Positions 10,596 to 18,242 of a stretch of 53,467 nucleotides of DNA are shown piece by piece. Numbering within the stretch: position 1 is the stretch's first letter; the number at the start of each line of letters is the position of its first letter. Origin of the DNA: Planktothrix tepida PCC 9214. Lineage in GTDB: Bacteria; Cyanobacteriota; Cyanobacteriia; Cyanobacteriales; Microcoleaceae. Made by a program: the position numbers and the translations under genes. Location: the NCBI RefSeq assembly GCF_900009145.1, contig NZ_LN889801.1:278154-331620 (forward strand), written 5' to 3'. The notes below the pieces were generated by a model, which saw only the letters and a list, made by a program, of their open reading frames with translations, was not told the DNA's origin and did not search any database.

Positions 10596-10952
10596 ATGAC
10601 ACAAGCGACTCAAACCCCAACGCAAGGGGTTCAGATGACGGAATCAGCGATTAAGCAAGTTCAATTTCTGCGCGAAAAGCAAGGAAAAGATCTTTGTCTG
10701 CGCGTGGGAGTCCGCCAAGGCGGTTGTTCTGGAATGTCATATTTAATGGATTTTGCTGACCCTAGCACCATTCGAGAGGATGATGAAGTCTTTGATTATG
10801 AAGGGTTTCAGGTGGTTTGCGATCGCAAAAGCTTACTCTACATTTACGGCCTAGTCCTCGATTATACAGATGCTTTGATTGGGGGTGGGTTCCAGTTTAC
10901 AAATCCTCAAGCCACTCAAACCTGTGGTTGTGGTAAATCCTTTGCGACCTAA
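10596..10952 (+). CDS. IscA/HesB-family iron-sulfur cluster assembly accessory protein
   Basis: 118 aa. A conserved GGCSG is followed by the C-terminal CGCGKSF motif (the three Fe-S cluster-ligating Cys of A-type carriers). An AAAGGAG RBS lies upstream. Confidence 0.85.
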   Translation: MTQATQTPTQGVQMTESAIKQVQFLREKQGKDLCLRVGVRQGGCSGMSYLMDFADPSTIREDDEVFDYEGFQVVCDRKSLLYIYGLVLDYTDALIGGGFQFTNPQATQTCGCGKSFAT

Positions 10953-11216
10953 GAGTTAAGAAACCGGGTTTCTAGCAGTTGTTGTTTGATGAGCATCAAC
11001 CTTTCTGATTCAGAAACCCAGTTTCTGTCTGAGTCATCAAAATTTTTATAGATTGCTTTCGCGTTTTAGATTATAATTAAAGATTGGCAATTAGCGATAG
11101 GTCATGAATCCGGCAGAAATCAACCGGTTTAACCTATCGCTATATTTTGAATGTACAACGACTCTTGACACACCTCGCCCTATAAGTGCGAGGATTCTTT
11201 AGAAGGAGATAACCCG

Positions 11217-11420
11217 ATGGTCATTGCTCGAACCACAACTCCCAAAACCCTTCTTAGGCGTGTTCTAGTGTCGTGCGACAGGCGATGCCAATTGCCTCTA
11301 CTCTCTCGCCCCGAAGGGTCTGAGCCTACTTTTAAGTCGTTTTTCACTCACTCGCTTAATCGTTTCTGCTTGTGGGGGCTAGAACTAGAGTGTCAACACC
11401 GGTTCAACCATTTCGGTTAA
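11217..11420 (+). CDS. Possible small ORF (67 aa, Arg/Cys-rich) preceded by a strong Shine-Dalgarno sequence. It may instead be part of a non-coding RNA.
   Basis: AAGGAGAT lies 7 nt upstream of the ATG. The product has no recognisable domain and is compositionally odd. This is a low-confidence call. Confidence 0.2.
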   Translation: MVIARTTTPKTLLRRVLVSCDRRCQLPLLSRPEGSEPTFKSFFTHSLNRFCLWGLELECQHRFNHFG

Positions 11421-11558
11421 ACGCCCTTTAACTAGAGCGTCCCACCACTGGGAATCTCACCCGTCAATTAAGGTCATCGTGGCTTTAATTATTCTAATCC
11501 TAGTTCAAATTAACGTAAAGCCGTCCTTCTAGGACGGGGTTTCTACCCAAAATTTTCG

Positions 11559-11978
11559 ATGACAACTCCAGAAGAATTATTTAAGGAAGGTTTTGAACGG
11601 TATCAAGCGGGTGAAGACCCAGAAACATTGATTCCGGTGTTTAAAGAAATTTGTAATCAGGCTCCTAAAAATAGTAATGCTTGGACAAGTTTAGCGTGGT
11701 TATATTTGTTAGCAGATAAACCCAAATTAGCTTATAACGCGGCAAAATCAGCCGTTAAACTCAATCCCCATGATCCTCAAGCCAGAGTGAATTTAGCGAC
11801 GGCGATGTTGGAGTTAGGGAAAACGGGGGTGCGTTCCCACGTTGAACTTGCGAGTCAACTGGTATTAGTCGATACGGATTGGCAGCAGGAAATCACTAAA
11901 AATTTTGAAGATGGATTAACTCGCAAACCAAATTGGAAATCCTTAATAAAAGTTAAACAATGGTTGTTTGGAGGTTAA
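11559..11978 (+). CDS. TPR-repeat protein
   Basis: 139 aa. The NSNAWTSLAWLYLLADKPKLAYNAAKSAVKLNPHDPQARVNLATAML pattern matches the TPR helix-turn-helix consensus (W/L-G-Y... A-P-N). Confidence 0.55.
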   Translation: MTTPEELFKEGFERYQAGEDPETLIPVFKEICNQAPKNSNAWTSLAWLYLLADKPKLAYNAAKSAVKLNPHDPQARVNLATAMLELGKTGVRSHVELASQLVLVDTDWQQEITKNFEDGLTRKPNWKSLIKVKQWLFGG

Positions 11979-12271
11979 GGAACTTTTACCTATTTTTGTG
12001 CATCTGATGAAATAATCTAGGTAATTATGCACAGAAACTCAGGCAATATTTGAGAAATTTCGGTTGCGGTGAATTGGGGGAAAATGGCTGTTAATGACTG
12101 AAAAGGGCTAAAAATCCAGGAACTCTTAGGAAGTATTGAGAAAATGTAACAAAAAATTACATAAATTCATAAACAAAAGCAAAAAACAGTGATAGTATTT
12201 GGTAACTTCAGTCATTAACAATCATAATCAACCGTTCACAAAAAACTTGATAGTTAAATTAAGGAGATGAG

Positions 12272-12469
12272 ATGACTATGGATAGCCAAGTTTTTGTCAA
12301 ACCCGAAACCCGTAATCACAAAGGCTTTTTTGTTAAACAAGGAGCCTATAAATTGAAAACTATTGATGAATCGGGCTGGGCCTTGATCTGCGTTGATGAT
12401 ACCGTTTGTTATTACGTTGATCCTGATAACTTAGATACAGAAGTTTCGGAGGAAACCGTAGAATCGTGA
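12272..12469 (+). CDS. Small hypothetical protein (65 aa)
   Basis: A good RBS (AAGGAGATGAG) sits just upstream. The ORF is followed by a hairpin terminator at 12529-12567. No family was recognised. Confidence 0.45.
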   Translation: MTMDSQVFVKPETRNHKGFFVKQGAYKLKTIDESGWALICVDDTVCYYVDPDNLDTEVSEETVES

Positions 12470-12528
12470 TTCAAGCCATCTTATGTGAGCTTAGAATAAA
12501 AACCCTATCTAAATTACAGCGTTCTTGA

Positions 12529-12567
12529 CTCCCGCTATACCCACTAGGGTTAGCGGGAGATAATTTT
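12529..12567 (+). terminator. Putative intrinsic terminator hairpin
   Basis: A 9-bp stem ctcccgcta / tagcgggag closes a 13-nt loop. An A/T-rich tail (ataatttta) follows, downstream of the 12272-12469 ORF. Confidence 0.35.
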
Positions 12568-12670
12568 AGGGTAAAAAACAGTGTTTTAATCAAAATTTAA
12601 AAAGTAGAAATTCTTATATTAAATCCTGAAATCGATGCTACAGATTATTATCCTATAGCGCTACGCGCAA

Positions 12671-12699
12671 GGGAACAGGAAACAGGGAACAGGGAACAG
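12671..12699. repeat. Heptanucleotide micro-repeat (GGGAACA)n, about 4 units
   Basis: gggaacaggaaacagggaacagggaacag. The same unit recurs at 15819-15840, 16774-16800, 28258-28320 (reverse orientation), 30778-30800, 49671-49693 and 53395-53419. Confidence 0.8.
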
Positions 12700-12730
12700 T
12701 AAGAAGTGAAAGGGTTTGAGAATTCATAAA

Positions 12731-12794
12731 TGTCCTAACCGTAATGCGTAGTGCTATAAACCTTTGTAGAGACGCGCCATGGCACGTCTCTACA
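12731..12794. repeat. Conserved 32-nt element TGTCCTAACCGTAATGCGTAGTGCTATAAACC followed by the palindrome TGTAGAGACGCGCCATGGCACGTCTCTACA
   Basis: The 32-mer recurs with 3 mismatches at 16818-16849. The TGTAGAGACG/CGTCTCTACA inverted repeat recurs at 15781-15810 and 49698-49751. Both readings come directly from the sequence. Confidence 0.75.
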
Positions 12795-12912
12795 GCGACT
12801 AGATGCGTAGCAAACATTTAAGGATTTAATATTAATTTTCAAAGCTGTCCCACTTAATCGAAGACAGCTATTTTTTTAGGGAATGATGAAGAAGGGAAAT
12901 GTTCTGATTTGG

Positions 12913-13788
12913 TTAACGTTGATTGCGAAGACGAGGATTAAGAAAATCATTTAATCCTTCTCCTAATAGAGATAAACCAACGACCATAATTGTTAACGCC
13001 AAACCCGGAAATAAGGTTGTCCACCAAATTCCAGTGGGTAACGCTTCTAAGGCGATTCTTAAATCATGACCCCATTCGGGAACTTCATCCGGTAAACCTA
13101 ACCCTAAAAATCCTAATCCGCCTAATGTTAAAATTGCATCCGCCGCATTCAATGTAAATAATACCGGAACACTTTGGATTACATTTAAAAATAAATAACG
13201 AGTTAAAATTGTCCAAGTATTAGCCCCTAATGCTTGGGCGGCTTCAATAAATAACTCGGTTTTAACCGAAGTCGTATGATTACGAACCACTCGATAATAT
13301 TGAGGCACATAAGCGACACTTAAAGCCAGCGCTGCATTCAAAACCCCTTTGCCAACAACAAATGCTAAAGTAATGGAAAGTAATAATCCAGGTAACGTAT
13401 AAATCGTATCCATTAAAAATAATAAAACCCGATCTATTTTTCCTCCTAAATATCCACTCACCATTCCCAAAGGAACCCCAATTCCCACACTCAAAAGCGT
13501 TGCTAATAACACCACTTGCCAAGCCACTTGAGTTCCAAATAACGTCCGAGAAAAGACATCATATCCTAAGCGACTGGTTCCAAACCAATGTTGCGGAGAA
13601 GGCGGTTGATGGATAGGATTAGACAGAAATTCTGTAGGACTTTGTATCCATCCCCAAGTTGAAAATAACGGGGATAATACTGCGATTAATAAAAATAAAA
13701 CGGTCAGGACTAATCCACAAAAAGTCATAGCCGTTGACACAGAAGGAACCTGAAACCCCCTCAAAGGGCGAAAAGATGTAACACTCAT
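12913..13788 (-). CDS. ABC transporter permease, DppC/OppC-like (peptide/nickel family)
   Basis: 291 aa with 6 TM helices. The EAAQALGANTWTILTRYLFLNV motif is the EAA loop of binding-protein-dependent permeases. Confidence 0.8.
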   Translation of the reverse strand: MSVTSFRPLRGFQVPSVSTAMTFCGLVLTVLFLLIAVLSPLFSTWGWIQSPTEFLSNPIHQPPSPQHWFGTSRLGYDVFSRTLFGTQVAWQVVLLATLLSVGIGVPLGMVSGYLGGKIDRVLLFLMDTIYTLPGLLLSITLAFVVGKGVLNAALALSVAYVPQYYRVVRNHTTSVKTELFIEAAQALGANTWTILTRYLFLNVIQSVPVLFTLNAADAILTLGGLGFLGLGLPDEVPEWGHDLRIALEALPTGIWWTTLFPGLALTIMVVGLSLLGEGLNDFLNPRLRNQR

Positions 13789-14121
13789 TAACTTTAAGAT
13801 GTTGTGTTTGACATTAGATTACCAAAAACAGAGCCAGGGAAGCAGGGTGAGAAAAGCAGAAGCAGAGGGAGGGGAAATCATTAACTTAAGTTTCGTTGAG
13901 CGGTACAAATAATGTGATAATGCTTAGTGAACGAAGATCGGGCTTGCCGTTGTCAAGCGGAGTGAGTCAGGTTTTCCAGTCAATCAGATGCAATCCTTTT
14001 TGTGATTGATCTCCGTATCTCTTTCGATCTACCCCTGAAAAAGGGGACGCAGTTGAAAAACTGCAAATAATACTTCCTCCGCGAGTTAAAATCGCGGTTT
14101 CCGTTCTCCAGTAAGGTTGAG

Positions 14122-14664
14122 ATGACTCAAATTTCAGGAACCTCGGATGCTCCAAGCATGGGGCGTCGTCAATTCATGAACTTACTAACCTTCGGTTCAG
14201 TCACAGGCGTTGCTGTCGGTGCACTGTATCCGGTGGTCAAATATTTTCTACCTCCCGCTAGTGGTGCCGCAGGTGGTGGCGTTACGGCTAAAGATGCTCT
14301 GGGTAACGATGTTATCGTCAGTGAATTTTTATCCACCCATAAACCCGGTGATCGCGTTTTAGCCCAAGGCTTGAAAGGCGATCCAACCTACATGGTGGTT
14401 GAAAAGGATTCCTCCTTAGCGGACTATGGAATCAATGCGGTTTGTACCCACTTAGGTTGTGTGGTGCCTTGGAACGCCAGCGAAAATAAATTTATGTGTC
14501 CCTGTCACGGCTCTCAATATAACGACACAGGTAAAGTTGTTCGTGGGCCAGCACCGTTATCCTTAGCATTGGTTCACGCCACCGTTACGGATGACGACAA
14601 ATTGAACTTTACTCCTTGGACAGAAACCGACTTCCGCACGGGTGAAAATCCCTGGTGGTCTTAA
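14122..14664 (+). CDS. petC: Cytochrome b6-f complex Rieske iron-sulfur subunit
   Basis: 180 aa. The two Rieske boxes CTHLGCV and CPCHGSQY are present, an N-terminal TM helix is predicted, and petA lies immediately downstream (petCA operon). Confidence 0.9.
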   Translation: MTQISGTSDAPSMGRRQFMNLLTFGSVTGVAVGALYPVVKYFLPPASGAAGGGVTAKDALGNDVIVSEFLSTHKPGDRVLAQGLKGDPTYMVVEKDSSLADYGINAVCTHLGCVVPWNASENKFMCPCHGSQYNDTGKVVRGPAPLSLALVHATVTDDDKLNFTPWTETDFRTGENPWWS

Positions 14665-14736
14665 TAAATTTTAGGCTTTAGATTTGGGCTTGGGTTTCTA
14701 AAATCTGGAATCTAAATCTAAATATGAAACAGTAGG

Positions 14737-15750
14737 TTGACTTTGAGAGAGATAGAACAATCTTTTATGCGACAAATTGATCAATGCCTAACTGTACGCC
14801 GTTCTAGGCTGTGGAAGTTAGTGTGGGTTGCTGTTGCTGCCGTCGCTTTCTTCTTTGGGGGTGATTTTGCTCTACCCCAGTCTGCTGCGGCTTATCCCTT
14901 TTGGGCGCAAGAAACAGCACCCCTGACCCCCCGTGAACCGACGGGACGAATTGTTTGTGCGAACTGCCATTTAGCGTCCAAGCCGACAGAAATTGAAGTC
15001 CCCCATTCTGTTTTACCGGATACTGTTTTTAAAGCGGTTGTTAAAGTTCCTTACGATACCAATGTTCAGCAAGTGCTTGGAGATGGTAGCAAAGGAGGTT
15101 TAAACGTCGGTGCGGTGTTAATGCTGCCCGAAGGCTTTAAGATTGCTCCTGAAGATCGCATTCCTGAAGAATGGAAAGAGGAAATTGGGGATCTTTATTT
15201 CCAACCCTATCGCGAAGATCAAGAAAATGTGGTCATTGTGGGGCCGTTACCTGGGGAAGAACATCAGGAAATTATCTTCCCGGTGTTGTCTCCTGACCCA
15301 GCAACGGATAAATCTGTTCACTATGGTAAATTTGCGATTCATGTCGGAGGAAACCGGGGTCGCGGTCAAGTCTATCCGGCTGGAAATTCTAGCAATAATA
15401 CGCTTTATAAAGCTTCCGTTGCTGGAACCGTTACCCAAGTGACCACCGAAGAGGGAGCGGGTTCCCAGGTGACGATTCAAACGGCGGACGGTCAAACCGT
15501 TGTGGATGAAATTCCTCCTGGCCCTTCTGTGATAGTGTCTGAAGGCCAAACTGTTGCCGCCGGTGATGCTTTAACCAATAACCCCAACGTCGGTGGCTTT
15601 GGTCAACATGATACCGAAATCGTTCTGCAAAGTTCCACTCGTGTTACTGGGTTAATTGCTTTTATCGCCTTGGTGATGTTAGCTCAAGTAATGCTGGTGA
15701 TGAAGAAGAAACAGATTGAGAAAGTTCAAGCGGCTGAAATGAACTTCTAA
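14737..15750 (+). CDS. petA: Apocytochrome f
   Basis: 337 aa. A signal peptide is followed by the mature N-terminus YPFWAQ. The haem-binding CANCHLA motif and a C-terminal TM anchor are present. The true start may be the internal Met at about 14767. Confidence 0.9.
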   Translation: MTLREIEQSFMRQIDQCLTVRRSRLWKLVWVAVAAVAFFFGGDFALPQSAAAYPFWAQETAPLTPREPTGRIVCANCHLASKPTEIEVPHSVLPDTVFKAVVKVPYDTNVQQVLGDGSKGGLNVGAVLMLPEGFKIAPEDRIPEEWKEEIGDLYFQPYREDQENVVIVGPLPGEEHQEIIFPVLSPDPATDKSVHYGKFAIHVGGNRGRGQVYPAGNSSNNTLYKASVAGTVTQVTTEEGAGSQVTIQTADGQTVVDEIPPGPSVIVSEGQTVAAGDALTNNPNVGGFGQHDTEIVLQSSTRVTGLIAFIALVMLAQVMLVMKKKQIEKVQAAEMNF

Positions 15751-15780
15751 ATTTTGATTCATTTTCATGATTTCAACCTG

Positions 15781-15818
15781 TGTAGAGACGTTGAATCCAG
15801 CGTCTCTACAGCTGTTTT
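15781..15818 (+). terminator. Hairpin terminator after petA, formed by a TGTAGAGACG...CGTCTCTACA family palindrome followed by a T-run
   Basis: tgtagagacg ttgaatccag cgtctctaca is followed by gctgtttt, 30 nt after the petA stop codon. Confidence 0.55.
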
Positions 15819-15883
15819 GGGGAAGGGAACAGGGAACAGGGAATAGGGAATTACGAATTACGAATTACGAATTACGAATTACG
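15819..15883. repeat. (GGGAACA)n, then GGAATAGG, then (AATTACG)5 tandem heptamers
   Basis: gggaagggaacagggaacagggaatagggaattacgaattacgaattacgaattacgaattacgaatagg. The sequence was read directly. Confidence 0.85.
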
Positions 15884-15928
15884 AATAGGCAATAGGTAAT
15901 TTAATTTAATTTAGGGTTTAAAACTATC

Positions 15929-16774
15929 ATGTCAATTACTAAAAATGAGATTAAAGTTGGATCTTTAGAGTGGTTTTATCGGGAAACAAATCCGGAAAAT
16001 ACTGATAAAATTCCTGTGGTGTTTTTGCATGGATTAGTTTCTCAGAGTTATAGTTGGTTGGTGGTGATGGATGAATTAGAAAAACAAGGATATAAAGCGA
16101 TCGCACCGGACTGGATTGGATCGGGATATTCAGGAAAACCGGATAAACGAGATTTTGCTTATACTCCTGATGCCTTTATTCAAGGGTTAGAGGAATTTTT
16201 AAAACAATTAAAAGTAGAAAAATTTTCTTTAGTTGTGCAAGGCTTTTTAGGTTCAATGGGATTACAATATGCGCTCCGTCATCCTGAACAAATTGAAAAA
16301 TTAATTATTCTCAATACTCCGATTTCAACTTCTGCTAAACTTCCCTGGAAATTACAACAAATGGCGTTACCGTTTGTGGGAGATATGATGACTCAAGATC
16401 CGTTATTAGTGGATCGTACTTTGGAAGGTGGCAGTAAATATGTGATTGAGGATAAAGTTTTAGAAGTTTATAGGAGTCCCTTTTTAAAAGCATCTGCTGC
16501 GGGGCGATCGCTCTTAGCAACCTTAAAAAATTTACGGTTAAAAGATGCCCTAACTGAAATTGAATCTGGGTTTAAAAATTGGCATCATCCAACTCAAATT
16601 ATTTGGGGATTAATCGATCCTTGGTTAGAGTTTACCGATGTTAAAACCTTTGCAAACGGAATTTCTGGGGCTGAAATTGTGACATTAGAAAAAGCCGGAC
16701 ATTATCCCCAAGAACATTGGCCTCAAGAAATCAGTGAAGCTTTAATCTTATTTTTGCGGAAAACGGTGGTTTAG
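15929..16774 (+). CDS. Alpha/beta-fold hydrolase (haloalkane dehalogenase-like family)
   Basis: 281 aa. VVFLHGLVSQSYSW is the oxyanion HG motif region. A GFLGS nucleophile-elbow-like motif and a C-terminal His are present. Confidence 0.75.
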   Translation: MSITKNEIKVGSLEWFYRETNPENTDKIPVVFLHGLVSQSYSWLVVMDELEKQGYKAIAPDWIGSGYSGKPDKRDFAYTPDAFIQGLEEFLKQLKVEKFSLVVQGFLGSMGLQYALRHPEQIEKLIILNTPISTSAKLPWKLQQMALPFVGDMMTQDPLLVDRTLEGGSKYVIEDKVLEVYRSPFLKASAAGRSLLATLKNLRLKDALTEIESGFKNWHHPTQIIWGLIDPWLEFTDVKTFANGISGAEIVTLEKAGHYPQEHWPQEISEALILFLRKTVV

Positions 16775-16849
16775 AGAAGAGAACAGGGAACAGGCAACAG
16801 GGAATAGGATTTAAAAGTGTCCTAACTGTAATGCGTATTGCTATATAAT
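16774..16849. repeat. (GGGAACA)-type repeat followed by a second copy of the conserved 32-nt element (GTGTCCTAACTGTAATGCGTATTGCTATATAA)
   Basis: Compare 12731-12762. Both lie in intergenic gaps downstream of genes. Confidence 0.7.
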
Positions 16850-16898
16850 TTTTTTCAGAAAAAACTAGCTTGAAATTCCCTGTTCTACCGCCTTACCT

Positions 16899-18056
16899 TC
16901 AATTCGGAGGTTCATCGTGGGTCGAAACAGAACGGAGGCGGCTTAATCGATTGGTTGCCCATTTAGCTAGTTCTTTAACTTCAGGATCAGGATCATCCAT
17001 AGCTCGCTGTAAGATTTGATTCATTTGTGTTGCTAAATCATAAATTCGGGTTAAATCTCGAATAGCATTTTTTCTAACTTCGGCATTTTCATCTTGGAGA
17101 GACAAACTTAAGGCGCGGCTCAGGGGTTTTAACGTGCGAGTTCCAATTTCTGAGAGGGCAGCTAAAACTAAACTGCGTTGATTAGAATCAGAATAGATTA
17201 ATAACTCTAATAACGGTTGAATGGCTCTCGAATCTCCTGCTTGTGCCAGTTCCCAAATTGCATTACTTCTAATATCAGGACTGGTCTGTTTTAAATCATT
17301 AATCCATCGTTCCTGGGGATCAAGCCTCAGTCCATAGGAGGGTGGGTGAAGATTGACCGTATCCGTTACAGGGATATTCGCTCCTAGGGGGTTTTCAGAG
17401 GTCGTCGGTTGATCGGATGGGGTATCGGGGGTAGAAACCTGTAATGTCGCGTCTCGATAACCATTCTGTTCTACAGGAGCCGGAGGCTGTGACCGTTGGA
17501 GAACGGTGGGAGAAACTTGCATCTGTCCCTGGGTAATGGCTTTAACCTGTACCGATGGTGGGGGAGATGGTATTTTTGGGGGTTCAGGGAGATTTTCTGG
17601 AACCGTTTGCGCCTCAATATCCACCACTGTACCTTCATCCTCATTAGGAGGACTGATCAGCCGAATTAAGATTAAAATGGCTCCGACCGTAATCACTAAA
17701 GCTCCTACCCCTAGGATTAACATCCGTGAGGGGAAGCGGAAAGATGATTTTTTAGGGGGCTGTTTTTGAGGCTTTTTGGCTGGTGGTTTTTCAGGGTTGC
17801 TTTGGGCAATTTGCCAGGATAAAGCAGAACGCTCTAAATCTGACCCAGCCGTGAGGGGTCGGGTAAAGAGATGGCTGTTTGTGTCTGTGAGATGTTGGGT
17901 TTCGTTCTCAACCTTCGCAACCGCACTCCCACTGAAGCAGAACGTTCCACCACAGTAGGCAATACAAGCGAATACAAATAAGGTCAGGCGATAAAAAGGA
18001 GCCATGAGACTCAATTGAGTTTGTGATCGACGCTTAGTGGATATCAGGTAAAACAA
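16899..18056 (-). CDS. HEAT-repeat (PBS-lyase-like) protein with a Pro-rich linker and N-terminal TM/signal region
   Basis: 385 aa. The C-terminal third shows a repeating helical pattern (AIWELAQAGDSRAIQPLLELL...SLVLAALSEIG...NAEVRKNAIRDL) typical of HEAT/PBS-lyase repeats. The central region reads PPKIPSPPPS. Confidence 0.5.
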   Translation of the reverse strand: MFYLISTKRRSQTQLSLMAPFYRLTLFVFACIAYCGGTFCFSGSAVAKVENETQHLTDTNSHLFTRPLTAGSDLERSALSWQIAQSNPEKPPAKKPQKQPPKKSSFRFPSRMLILGVGALVITVGAILILIRLISPPNEDEGTVVDIEAQTVPENLPEPPKIPSPPPSVQVKAITQGQMQVSPTVLQRSQPPAPVEQNGYRDATLQVSTPDTPSDQPTTSENPLGANIPVTDTVNLHPPSYGLRLDPQERWINDLKQTSPDIRSNAIWELAQAGDSRAIQPLLELLIYSDSNQRSLVLAALSEIGTRTLKPLSRALSLSLQDENAEVRKNAIRDLTRIYDLATQMNQILQRAMDDPDPEVKELAKWATNRLSRLRSVSTHDEPPN

Positions 18057-18242
18057 AGTTAACAGAGGTTGAGATAAGTTGACACTCTGAGGAAGGTCAA
18101 AACCTAGATCATCAGAATGGTGTCAGAAACAATTTTAGGGTGAATAGTAAAGATGTCCTGTTGTTGCAAGAGTTTTGCTCCTAGTTATTATCTTCCAAAA
18201 AATCACTTTTTTCCTTAGATTTTAAGGTAGAACTAGGGAGGG

